This document shows, in pieces, positions 25,921 through 37,807 of a stretch of 64,000 nt of DNA. The notes beneath the pieces were generated by a model. That model worked only from the letters and a program-made list of their open reading frames with translations, had not been told where the DNA came from and searched no databases. This DNA comes from Vicugna vicugna. Taxonomy: Eukaryota. Location: the NCBI GenBank assembly GCA_013265495.1, contig MU058781.1, forward strand, positions 7,855,009 to 7,919,008, read 5' to 3'. The translations under genes and the position numbers were made by a program. Position 1 is the first letter of the stretch; each line of letters opens with the position of its first letter.

Positions 25921-27489
25921 GAATGGGAAGAATGAAAATGGAAAGCAAATGGAGACTACTTCGGTACAACTTCTTCTGTTTGTAAATAATCAGGCTACTC
26001 AGACATGATACAGTTAGTTAAACAAAGCTCAAGGCAGATGTTCTGAACGCTTTGTACGGAGCTCAGAAACGGAAAACATAATCTTTCCCCAATTGTCCAA
26101 TAGGGTTGGCGTGCTCTAAAAAGGGATTTATCTTACTTCCCTATGAAGCATTTGAGATAATCTAAGTGAAGAGTGGAGGCTGGTTGGACATATGCCAGCT
26201 AACAGCCTGAATACATGCTCATTTATTTTAATCAATGCAAGTGGCAGAAAAAAGTTGCATGGGAAAATAGTCATGATGTTAGTTTTTTAAAAAAGAGTTA
26301 ACAAACCTTGTATTTATAATATCATCCCAATTATGTTTTTGCTTATAGGTAAACAAATTGAGGTGTTGGCATTTAATGCAGTAACATATGAAAACTCAAA
26401 TGTATTATCCTCTGCTGCTCTTAGAAGATACCTGTACATCCTTGGAGGATGGGTTTCCAGTGATTAGATGTTAAGATTGGAGCCTTCTAAACTCTGGGAA
26501 TGTTAAGTAGTCTAGCTGGGTCTAAAGACAGGATCTGGCCATCTTAAAGACGAAAGTTGTTCAGATGAACCTTTAAATACTGTGACACAAATGAATGGGA
26601 AAGAAAAGCTGAGTATTTGTGAGGTTTAGAGAAGATGGCCTGATCTGGGGATGGACAAGCAACAGTTAGAAGAGGAGACGGATTCCTCAAGGTTGTGAGA
26701 GGGGAATGAGAAGGGTGCAAATATTTTCAGGGAGAGAGTCTAGATGGCAAGTTTAAGTATGTTTGAAGAGCAAGCAGGAAGGCCAGGGCCTCCAAATGGG
26801 GGAACACAGGAGTGCTCCAAAGAGCAGATTATCAAGTTCCATGGCTCTGGAAGCCACAGCAGGTCCCCACATGGAACAGGGCAAGGGGCACTGGGGGGCA
26901 GTCTCTAAATAAACTAAACTGCAGAAATGCTGCCGTTCTGTTCAAGCCTCAGAAAGGAGAGAACAGATACTGAGAATAACCAAGCCAACTGTAATGGACA
27001 AGGACAGAGTAGGATGAAATTTGACTGCACCCAGTATTAAGATATGGGAGCTTGCTTTTGTCTGTAGAGCAGTTAAGACCTCCGTCTCTCCTCACATATG
27101 CACATGCATGCATACACATACACACAAAAAAATAGAAAACATACTATGACTATTAACAATTGTTATTTACATGCTATTAAATTATGGCTGATACTGTTTA
27201 ATTTTTCAAGGTGTTTTTTTTTTGCAGTGAATATATATTAACTTCAAAATTGCAAAAATATAGGGAAAAATAGAACCCAATTAGATAACAAGTGAAAACG
27301 CTAAGTATATCCTACTCTCCAGCAGTACCTTTTGATCTGCAATCAGGCATGTGGCTCCACACAAAATTCAGTGAGTTTAAATGGTCAAAACCAGAGCAAG
27401 AAGACCATAGTCAAAATAGTTCTCCTAAGTAGAGAAGAACTAATTGCCCAGTGTTTACAAACGCTGGCGTAAACAGTAACAGCTCTTAC

Positions 27490-27595
27490 TTTTGCATGCT
27501 AACTTCTGATTCCACTACTTTCAAAAGATAGACGAATACTCTGAAGCGGTTTCTAGCAATGTGTCTTTACTCTTATTTCAGTGATATTTAGCTTT
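27490..27595 (-). other. Candidate 106-nt non-coding exon
   Basis: Minus strand: tttcatttgttttctttatttcatag|AAAGCT...GCATGCAAAA|gtaaga; stops in all three frames. Confidence 0.3.
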
Positions 27596-28130
27596 CTATG
27601 AAATAAAGAAAACAAATGAAACGTTTGTAAACAGTATCCACTTTACATTTCCAGCTCTGGAAGAAGTGAGTCCTACAAGGAGGTGAGAGGGAGACGGTAG
27701 CAGGAGGAAGAAGAAACAGAGCAATGTAGTTTTTCAAAAACAACAAAAAGAAGAGAGAGAAGAGAGGAAGAAAATAAAAATTCACTGAGTAACAACTATA
27801 GTTTGGTGCCTTATATGCACTAAATCGGCTGGAATCTTTTTAGGTCCTGCTGAAGTAGGGTGAGCATCCTTTATGACAGTGGTATTTCCAACCCATATCA
27901 GGGACCAGAAAATATATATATATAAATTTCTTTCTTTTAGACTCCAGGAGTGAAAAAGAGGAAAAGTGTAGAAGGAATATATACTGTCTTTCATCGAGCA
28001 GTTGAAGGTTGAGGGCAGGGATGGCAAAGGGATTGGGACCAAGGCAAAAAATATGACTAAGTGACTTCTCAGTTTATCAACTGGATTTTTAAAGTATTGC
28101 ATCAAAGCAGCTCAACCACAAAAAAACAAC

Positions 28131-28527
28131 TAAATTAGTCAGATTTCTCCAGAGACACAGAATCAATCAATCATATGAGAGAGAGAGAGATTTATTTTAA
28201 GGAATTGGTTCACATGATTAGGGTTGCTGACAAGTTCAAGATTTGCAGAGCAGGTTGGCAAGTGGGAGACCCACAGAAGGTGGGTTGCAGCTAGAGTCCA
28301 AAGTCAGTCTCAAGATGAATTCCTTCTTAGTCAGATGACCTCTGTCTTTCAAGGCCTTCAACTGATTGTATGAGGCCCACCCACATATGGAGGGTGATCT
28401 GCTTTACTCAAAGTCTACTGATTTAAACGTTAATCACATCTAAAAACTACCTTCACAGTGACATCTTGACTGATGTTTGCATATCACACAGCCTAGTCGA
28501 GTTGACAGAAAAAAATTAACCATTACA
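28131..28527 (-). mobile_element. ERVL LTR (MLT2C/D-like)
   Basis: ttagtcagatttctccagagacacagaatcaat...gatttattttaaggaattggttcacatgatt...ggccttcaactgattgtatgaggcccacccacat...aaattaaccattaca. Confidence 0.9.
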
Positions 28528-28676
28528 AAAACCAAACCCTCAAAAATACAGAGAACTCAGGAGAAAGTAAAAGATGACTCAATTTGAGTATGAAGTGGTA
28601 TATAATGAACATAATTGTTTCTGAACATAATACTCATTAACAAAAGTTGAAACAGCCATTTGAATGTAGCTATTTC

Positions 28677-28726
28677 GTAGTAGACAGAAGCTGAGCTTCC
28701 TGTAGTAGACAGAAGCTGAGCTTCCT
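28677..28726. repeat. Perfect 25-bp tandem duplication
   Basis: gtagtagacagaagctgagcttcct x2. Confidence 0.95.
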
Positions 28727-29174
28727 GTTTTAAAAAAAGGTATCAGATTCCATCTTTTCTAAATAAGGGGAAAGTATCTTTTCTCTGAGCCAGCTTTCAC
28801 TATGGCATTCTGTTTTTCAGAAAGGACTTGTGACTACCTTGTTGATACTACAATAAGTTTCAATTATATCTGGGTCTCAAGACCCTCATCGCTTGGTCAC
28901 CACACTTAACCATATCTTCTTCAATTCTCTAACTGCAGCTTTGGTTGCAATCAACAAGTCACTCTGTCGCTCTACAGATTCTCCACACTCTTCACACTTT
29001 GTAGCTGTATCTATTATGTATTATGATACTATTGCAATAAATTCAATTCCATTAATTTCTTTCTGTATTTTGCTGATACAGTAAGAGGAACAATAAATAT
29101 GTCATCCAAGGAATTGTAATGCTGTCCAATGAGAACACAAATAATTTATAGCTATAGAATTATAAAATGTTATT

Positions 29175-29480
29175 TTCAATAAACAAAGTATCTACTGAAC
29201 CCACGTTATAAGAACCAATAATTAGGCTAGGTTCTTGAGAAAAAATGAGAGATGTGACCACAACCTACAAGGAAAGAAAAATGCAACAAAAATCAAATAT
29301 ATTTTCAATATAACATGGTATCTGTAATAATAGGTGAGCAAAATGCTTAAAAACCATCTCAAGCAGCTTCCTTATTTTAAAGATGAAACACCAAGGCTCA
29401 AAAGAAGAAATAGTCTGTCCACTGTTGTATGTATATTTAGGTAGCAGATCCTGGGCCTGGACTCCAAGCCATTCAACTAA
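29175..29480 (-). mobile_element. L2 and MIR fragments
   Basis: aaacaaagtatctactgaacccac...aggctaggttcttgaga; ttattttaaagatgaaacaccaaggctcaaaaga. Confidence 0.55.
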
Positions 29481-29649
29481 TTATAGTCTATGGAGAGAAA
29501 AACATGTACAGAGAAACAGTTCACCCAAACAGCATAGAAAATCAGCACAGATCCAGATTCACCTGAAAAATATCTCATCAAGCTCTAGGGCCACGACTTT
29601 TTGGGGGGCTTTGGGGGGGGGGTAGAGAAATGGCCCAGCCAGGAGCATA

Positions 29650-30150
29650 GAGCGTTAATCTCACCACTGAGGCCCTGGCATCGCTGAGCTCTCCACCACC
29701 AGTGAGCAGCAGTTACTTCTGTAGCAGAGCTCCGTGTACAGAGGGCGGTTCTCGGAGCACGTGAATACCCCGCATCGGCCCCACTCGCTAAGCGGGCGCT
29801 GTGCTGCTGCTGCAGCGGGGCCTGCAACTGCCCAGTCCCAGTCTCTCTTCACGCATGAGCATTACTCCTGCCGCCACTAATGGGAAAGGGTCCCACAGTG
29901 CTGCGGAAAACAGAGCCCACAGCCGTGATAAATCTGTCAGACGTGACAGCTGCCTGGGCAGGGCAGCCGCCCGGCGGATGAAGCGCGCAGCCCGGGCTAC
30001 AGGACGACCACGCGGACAGCCGCGGAGAAGCGCCGGGAGACAGATCAGGACTTCACGTCCGAGTCGTCACAAGGAACCCAGGTCCCAGCGTCCGCACGGA
30101 AGGACACTGCCGGCTGCTCTCACTACCATGCCCTTCACCTCCCTGCCCGC
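29650..30150. promoter_or_regulatory. CpG island (candidate promoter or enhancer)
   Basis: About 38 CpGs counted by eye in ~500 bp, GC-rich against an AT-rich, CpG-depleted background; no repeat recognised; E-box CACGTG at 29758, CTGTCA-n4-TGACAG at 29934-29949. Confidence 0.75.
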
Positions 30151-30398
30151 CCTGCCTTCTTCTGGTCACTCTCCCAGAAACAAGCCTGTAAGTCTGGGCA
30201 AGGTGGCCTGTCATCCTGAGCGACAAGCTGGAGCTTATCTGTGGTCTGGCTGGAGGAGACACGGGCCTATAGCAGCCCCTGGCCATCCTTTAACATCGTG
30301 ACACAGGACAGGCCGTGTCTGACAAAATCCCCACAGAACAAAGCTCTCCCTTGATGCTCCCTGCCTCCCTTTTGTACGTCTTTCCTACACCACACCAT

Positions 30399-31190
30399 CA
30401 TATAGTGACATGATAAGAAATGTATTTTTGGTCTTTGTTCCTGGCTCCTAAAACCTTCGGAATTTCTTGAGTGATGGGGGTGAGAGGAACATCTTCTGTT
30501 ACTGACAACAAGCCCTCTCACCATACCTGTTTATGCTAATGAGGTGATTCTTGGAGGATGGGGGCTGGTTACCAGGGGAACCAGCCATGTGATTAGATGG
30601 TCAGAACTTCCAGCCCCACAACCCAACCCCTGGGGGCTTAATGACCAATGGCCAGTGACTTAGTCAATCATGTCTCCATAACAGAGCCTCTGTGAAAACC
30701 CCTAAATGACAGAGGGGTGAGAGCTCCTGGGCTGGTAAACATCCCGCAGCGCCGGGAGGGTGGCATGCCTGGATGGGGCAGGGAAGCTCCGTGCCCTCCT
30801 CCATGTTCTGCCCTATGCATCTCCCCCACCTGGCTGCTCCTGAACTGTATCCTTCACAAAAAAACAGTAAGTAAAGTGTTTCCCTGAGTTCTGTGGGCCA
30901 TTCTAGCCAATTATGGGAGGGGGCCCAGGAAGGGGTCATGGGCCCCCTGATTCATAGCTGGTCAGTCAAAAGGACAGGAAGCCTGGACTGGTGACTGGCA
31001 TCTGGGGAGGGGGCAGTCTTGTGGAACTGAGTCCTTCACCTGTGGGTCTGTGCCAACTCCAGGTGGTTAGTGTCAGGACTGAATTAAATTGTAGAACCCC
31101 CAGGTGTCTGTAGAACCGCTCGGTGTAAAAAGCCCCTACATTTGGTGTCAGAAGCACTGTGCATAGCAGAAAAATAGTTTTCCCTTTACA
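30399..31190 (+). mobile_element. MER21-like solo LTR
   Basis: tagtgacatgataagaaatgtatttttggtctttgttcctggctcctaaaacc...ttatgctaatgaggtga...gtaagtaaagtgtttccctgagttctgtgggccattctagc...acatttggtgtcagaag. Confidence 0.9.
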
Positions 31191-31227
31191 CATGTACCCA
31201 GGGCCCTTCCACCTCCCTACAAGTCAC

Positions 31228-31273
31228 ACCTAACAACACTGTAAATCAACTATAGTTCAATTAAGAAAAATAA
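31228..31273 (+). mobile_element. Very short L1 3' tail
   Basis: ctaacaacactgtaaatcaactatagttcaattaagaaaaataaa. Confidence 0.75.
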
Positions 31274-32068
31274 AGACTAGAGGGACAAAAGAAAAGATAC
31301 AGGCACTACTTCTAGCCCACAGGCCATACACGAACAGGACGTGGGCCAGGTCTCTCCCCAGGTCTCTCTTTTCCCATCACGACTGACAAGAAAAGAAGCC
31401 CGTGTGAACGATCAAGGTCAGGGGTACAAGGCAAACTCTGGGTTTGCCTCTGTTATCTACCAACAGAAAGCTGCACAGTAGATGGGGGACTATGACCCAA
31501 TTTCCAGGGGCCCAAAGAGAATGCAGAGTTCTTCCAAAGTTAGATGCTCTACAGGGCTCTTTGATGGTTTGTGTCCAACTGGTAACAACAACGCTTGCAT
31601 TTATTTTTCAGGTTAAAAGTTTTCATACTACACATTCAGAATGCTAGGACCTTCTCTAAGTACTTGTTCCAGCACTAGAAGAGACTGAATTCTATTTTTC
31701 TTAAAAATAATAATGGCCTTATTTATACAACCCTTGTCACCATCTACCTCCATGGGTGAGAACCATGTCCGAACATTTCACACCAGTGTGTCTGGTGTCT
31801 AAAGCATATGGGCTTCTTTTTTAATAAACAGTGCAAAGGCTCTCCCCTTAGTCTGGTCAGATAATTTAGCCATGGCTTAAACTTTGATACTGAAATGGAT
31901 TGTAACTCTAATATTGGAACCAGCGGCACAAGAGGAAACTTTCTCATTCAATTAAGTTTGGTCATCAGAAACAGAGTAAATCAATTCCATTAACTTAGAT
32001 TTTTTTTAAAATGTCTTTTCTGAGTTGTAATTTCATGTTATAACTTCAGCTGTTATAACCCATATATA

Positions 32069-32384
32069 CAGGCAGATCTCATTTTATTGCATTTCACTTT
32101 ATTGTGCTTTGCAGATACTATGTTTTTTCACAAACTGATGGTCTGTGGCAACCCTGTATTGAGCAAGTCTATTGGTGCCATTTTTCCAATAATATTTTTA
32201 ATTAAGGTGTACACATTTTTAAACATAATGCTATTGCACACTTAATAGACTATACAGTTCAGTGTACACATAACTTTAATATATGTTGGGAAACAAAAAA
32301 ATTTGATCTGAGTAGCTTAATTGCAATTCTCACTTTATTACGGTGATTTGGAACTGAACTTGCAGTATCTCCTAGGTATGCTCT
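32069..32384 (+). mobile_element. Internally deleted Tigger1 (TcMar) with TA target duplication
   Basis: ta|caggcagatctcattttattgc...ggcaaccctgtattgagcaagtctattggtgccatttttccaa joined at ~32191 to the 3' end ...gcagtatctcctaggtatgctct|ta. Confidence 0.9.
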
Positions 32385-32838
32385 TACTAGCTTCCATTTT
32401 TGGAAGGACTCTGCATCCGTTATAAAATAACACAAAACATTGTTTATCTTGCTACCCAATGTCCCTTACATAGAGATCCAAATGACAGATTTCTTCCAAA
32501 ATTGTAATTGTCTTTCCAAAATAACTTGTAGCCTCCCTAACTACCAGTCAGTAAATACCATCTAACCCTTTGGGCTTCTGTACTGTTTTTGTGCCAAGCC
32601 TATATTGTGCTTTGTCCTTTGTGAAGCACAGAGCCAAGTTTAGCCTCAGCTATAGTAACCAATTAATCATAAGTTCCTGTTAAATGTCTCCTGTTTCTCT
32701 GAATGATCTTTGATATATTTGCTTTTTTCTTTTTAATGTTGGTCCTTACTGTCCAATTGTATTTAGATTCCAGGATCATAAAATACTGCTTATACTACAG
32801 GGTAAGATCAGTAGACAACTAGAAGATAGACTGTCCAA

Positions 32839-33030
32839 AACCATTTGACATGGACCAAATATGCTCATGGATATTTTGGATAGGACCATATTTCAAGGAT
32901 ATTTTGGTGTGGACCAAATGTCTTATGGACATTTTGAATAAGACAAAATTTCAAGGTTCCTTTGGCATGGACGAAATGTCTTAGGCACTAAGTCTTATGG
33001 ATGTTTTGGGCTGGAACAAATATCCACTAG
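32839..33030. repeat. Degenerate tandem array of alternating ~30/28-bp units
   Basis: Units start at 32839, 32869, 32897, 32927, 32955 and 32999; consensus approx. ggayattttgg-nnn-ggaccaaatrtc. Confidence 0.85.
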
Positions 33031-33904
33031 CCAGAAAGACAGGTCAATGGATGGTTGTACACATTTTCATAATATACACAAATAATATACAGTAATGGTA
33101 AAAATGAGACCGAAGAAGAGGACTTGATTCATTAGTAAACAGTGATCTTCACAGAAAAAAAAAGCTCTTTTTCATCGTTAGATGCCGCCTGCTTAAACAC
33201 TGGCCAGCTATTTGCCAAAAACAAGGTGACAGAATTTGTATGAGTATGTCCAAGCTATCACTTCATCAGAAAAGCAATTCAAAACACATATCACACTGAT
33301 TAGTCCCCAGAGAAAAACACGTTGTAAGGCAGTAAATAGAAAACCAACAATATTCCAGTTTAGCTGAGAACACTAAGGTGCACTATAAATAGTAGCTGAT
33401 AACACTATTAACATCTATGTGTTATTCTTTGAATATGAGACTAAATTGTTTCCAGATATACAGAACCTTGTATGAATTATTTAGTCAATGTTCAGACTAT
33501 ACTTGCCAGTCCTTTACCTTTATATCATCTTGAAATAAAGACCATATCTTAAAGAAACAAGTTCTACGTCAATATGATACACTTACCACTGACACAGAAA
33601 TGAATTTTAAAACATGCCCTACCTACAATTCAGGTCATTTCTACCAAATGGATAGTGGTGTCTTTTTAAACTAGGAAATTCTCAACAGGTAGACTTCCTC
33701 TAGTTGTAGATAATTATGGGAAGTTAAAGCAGATAATTTGCTGATTATACTTATCTGAAATAAACTATAATATTTGAGGTAATATTAAAATAGCATAGTC
33801 AATTCTAAAAGTATGGAGAAATAAAGACACATTGAATAGCAAGGTCTAAAAGCTAGAATACATTTAAGTTAGGGCACTGCCTCCACCCCACAATTTCTTT
33901 TCAT

Positions 33905-34010
33905 TTCTTCAGTTAAACAGATTTAATAAACTGCTGTATATGAAGTATTCTTCTGGACATGAAGAACATAGAAGTAAATTAAACAGTCTTTGTCTTGAAG
34001 GATTTTGCGA
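33905..34010 (-). mobile_element. L2 fragment
   Basis: ttcttcagttaaacagatttaataaactgctgta...acagtctttgtcttgaagga. Confidence 0.5.
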
Positions 34011-34521
34011 GTTACTGTACCATCCTGGGTACAAAATACTCTCTAATTTTAGGGTTAGAAGCCTCTGAATCTGTACTTGGCCCCATCTATCCTCTCAATT
34101 ATATGCACAGCTTGAGTTTGTTTTATCCATCCTACTTTTTTAGTGTTTTACAAGAGTCTATTTCTATTGAAGAAGCTTTATGCTTATTTCTCCATTTCTA
34201 TACCTTGTCTCTTCATGGCCTGTTGACAAAAGCCTCCCAGGAAACCTTCCTACCACGGTCTGCACTTCTGAAGTCAGGTGGAGAATCTCTAGTTACTCAG
34301 GAGTGACTCTTCTATACAAGACCCTCTCTGAAGGTCACTAAAATCATACTGCAGTAAACAAGGCTAACACGTTCAACATATTCATAACTCAATGCGTCTG
34401 AGTCTTCAAAGGGGTTATTTTTGTCTTTCTTAGTCATTTTAAGAATTGTTTTAAAACAAAATTACATGGCAATTATCCCATATGGTGCAAGGGCAACTTT
34501 TGACTTCTTTTGTCATTTCAG

Positions 34522-34617
34522 ACAACCAAATACACACCTGAGACTCTATTCCTGTATCACAGGTGTGCAAGTTACCATGATAAACAGAAAATTTGTGGAT
34601 TTCAGAGTTTGAGCAAG
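34522..34617 (+). other. Candidate 96-nt exon (open in frame 0: TTKYTPETLFLYHRCASYHDKQKICGFQSLSK)
   Basis: tgacttcttttgtcatttcag|ACAACC...GAGCAAG|gtaagt; near-consensus acceptor and consensus donor. Confidence 0.35.
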
Positions 34618-36325
34618 GTAAGTTTCTACATTTTTTTCCTGTTGACCAGATTAAGTTCTATTTAAATCATTGTCAGCCAAATGTCAGATTATCTCAGAAA
34701 GGGTATACATAGAAAAATAAAGAAAGAAAGAAAAAGGAAGACAAGAATTCTCAAAACTCTGGGTCAGCTAAAAGTGTAGTTTAAAATGTGATGGATTCAT
34801 TTTATTTGTTATGACTGTGAATTATTCAGCAGCACTCCTGGACACAGGGAAAATGCACAAATATTGAGTTTTTAAGTTTAGTCTACTACATAGATTCTGT
34901 ATAATATGACAGCACTGCACAATGTACATTGGAAAAATATACATTCTGTTCACTTTATTCTCATAAAAGTCTATTTCAAATCTTAAAGTGGAGACAAATC
35001 TAGTGCCACTGTCCCCATGGGCTGTTATTTGAACCTCTGCTACCTTGGGCATGTAATGTAAGATTAATTGGTCTGCAGATCATAAAGGTGTTATGAAATC
35101 TATTTCAAAAGGGTAACTGCAGGATTTTCAGTTCCAACAACACGGCCAACTAAGTCTGAAGGCTCGCCCAATACAAATTCTTGGAAATAGTGTATAAGAG
35201 ATAACCGGAAGTGTTCTGAATGCTTAGCTGTGCTTTTAGGAATTAAAAGGTGATCTCAAGAAGCCAAGTGAAAAAAGAGGAGCCAAAAATCAAACGGGCA
35301 GGAAACAGGAAAACCCTATGGAGAAGATTCTATCTTGATCACCTAGGGATGACTGAAGGTAATGCCGTCCCCTATGGAAAAAAGGAGGACAGAGAGAAAA
35401 TGGCTCATAAAACTGGGGTCTTAGGAGAGTATACAGGGAGAGAGGACAAGGGGAAAATATCTGTCAATAGGCACAGGGAGAAAACAAGCAAGAAGGAAAG
35501 TTATCTGTCTTTGTCTAGCCTCTGCTGGAAAAGCAAAAGAAACAAACAAAAGTTCTTCTTGAAAATGCAAATCCAGACATGCTTTCTTCGTGGTGAGATA
35601 TTACGACATTGTCTGGGAACCTCCAAGCTGGGAACTAATACAAAGCATGGTCATGAACAACTGGTAGTCCGGGGGCATCTAGACAATTCCCAAACTCAGG
35701 TCCAAAGGACTGTCATGGGAAAGATAAGCCTCACCTACAAGATATGATCACAATGAAAATTACCAAATTCCAAAAAAAAAAAAATCCAACATGTGTAAGA
35801 CTAAGCAGGATTAGAATTGTAAAAACTGCAGAAGGTAAACCAATAATCAGAAAGTGAATAAAATAAGTAGAATAATTAAAGGCGTAACATCCAATTGCCA
35901 AGTTACCAAGGCTAGAAACAAGACATTGAAAATAAGCCAATTAGAACCCACACAAATAAAAAATATAATCATTGAAATGAAAAACCCAATGGATAAATAA
36001 AAAAATAGATTAGAAACAGCTGTGAAAATGTGTAAACTGAAATATGGATCTGACGAAACTGCACAAAATAAAGGACTGACTAAAAATCACAGAAATGGAA
36101 AATATAAGAAAGTGGTGACGAGACATGGTAGGAATTCCAACACACAGCAAATGTAGTTCCCCCCAAAAAAACAGAGAAAGGCAATATGCAAGACCACGAC
36201 TGAAAGTTTTTTAGAAATTATGAGAGACAAGTCTTCAGATTGAAGATGTGTGTCCAATAACTGTAAAGCAGCATAAATAAAAATAAATCCACACCCAGCA
36301 CATTATTATGAAAACAAAGAATACT

Positions 36326-36351
36326 AAAAAAAAAAAAAAAAAAAAAAAAAA
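36326..36351 (+). repeat. Poly(A) tract
   Basis: About 26 consecutive A. Confidence 0.9.
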
Positions 36352-37165
36352 GATAGAAACAAATTTTAAAGCCAACGGATGGAAGAGTAAATTATCTAAA
36401 TGGGATAAAAATTAGACAGCAGACAACAGAGGTCACATAAGGGAGTAATATATTGAAAATACTTACAGAAAATAACTGTCAAACCCAAGTTTAGCTATTT
36501 TTTTAAAGTAGAAAAAAAAAACCATTTTGTCCAAAAAAAATAAAAGCTAAGGAAATTTACCACTTAATAAATGTCTGCAGAAAGAAGTGCTAAAAGACAG
36601 CTAAAAGATGTATTTAATGAAACAAGAAACTGAACCCAAAATGGAAGGAGTGGGATGTGAGAAACAATGGAGAACAAATTAGTAAGCAAGCATTGACTGT
36701 AGAAAAAATAATAACTAAATGTAGTAAAATAAAGACGAAGTATAAACTGAAATATTGCACAATTACCCACATATATTAGTGGGTAGAGAGAGGAAGTTGC
36801 AGATAAAGAAGTCTAGCTTCTTGCATTGTGTTAAAGAAGTTAGAGATAAATAACTTTGGATTAAATATTTCCTATTCAAATTTTAAGGGTAGCCATTAAA
36901 AAATGCAAAGCTTTTATTTCCAAAACCAGTAGAAGAAGGAAGAATCAGCATAAACAAAATTTAATGCATTTAATACCTATTAGGAGAAGAGAAAAAAAAG
37001 GAAACCAAGAAAAATGTAATAGATAAATAGCATTAAAGCAAGCAGTGGGGGGGGAAAAGCTAAATAAATTTAAACAGACAAAAAAAAAAACCAGCTGAAA
37101 AACAGTGATTCTCAGATTGTATTTAAAAAATTAAACCCAGACATAGTTAAATTGAAGCTAGACAC

Positions 37166-37613
37166 TGTTGATGCCCAGCTCCACAACCCTTCCTTCCACC
37201 TGAGGTCCTCTAAAGCGGCTACTGGTCACGTGAACCCAGAGAGTGTCCTACCTGTGGAACACCTGGTTCTCTTCGTACCTGCCTGAGGGTTTTGTAAGCT
37301 TTCTGACTGCAAGGAGAATCAATCAGGATGTGTGAGAAGTTAACATTCAGGACAACCCTCAAAGGTAGTGTCACTGTAAAATCTCCCAGCCTCCCCAGCC
37401 CCCAGGGGAAGATTTCTCAGAGCATCCTCAGGACAACTGAGCCCCAGTTCCCTACTGTGGTTATCTGCTTATTTGTACAAATGTCACTCGCTTTTCTCCC
37501 ATCTCCCTTCTCTGATTTTCTCACATGAGCTTCCTGACCTCACTTCCCCAAATAAATCTGTTGCACCCAAATCTGAGTCACAGGGTTTGTTTTGCAGGAA
37601 GCAAGCTGGAAAT
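37166..37613 (+). mobile_element. LTR16-like ERVL LTR nested in L1
   Basis: aggacaaccctcaa...gagccccagttccctactgtggt...cacttccccaaataaatctgttgcacccaaatctgagtcacagggtttg. Confidence 0.8.
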
Positions 37614-37714
37614 AAAAAACACAATGCAGTAAACAACAAACACGTGTAGTGACACATAAACTAAAGCAATGTAAAAGGGTCCATCAGGCAAATATTAAAC
37701 AAAAGACCATATAG

Positions 37715-37807
37715 AAAGATGGATGGATGGATAGATAGGCAAAAGGATAGACGGATGATACATACATATATATGTAGATAGATAGATACAAAGACAGACA
37801 GACAGAC
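37715..37807. repeat. (GGAT/GATA/GACA)n compound microsatellite
   Basis: gatggatggatggatagatagg...tagatagatagata...gacagacagacagac. Confidence 0.85.

Noticed and set aside
29801..30301. 166-aa ORF over the CpG island
   Set aside because: Starts at GTG, not ATG. It is Arg/Ala/Ser/Pro-rich as expected for stop-poor GC-rich DNA, with no recognisable domain.
32839..33030. CRISPR-like array
   Set aside because: Eukaryotic context, degenerate head-to-tail units, no unique spacers and no cas genes.
35250..35747. 165-aa ORF
   Set aside because: Lies in a purine-rich old L1 5' region, starts at GTG, and has no recognisable homology.
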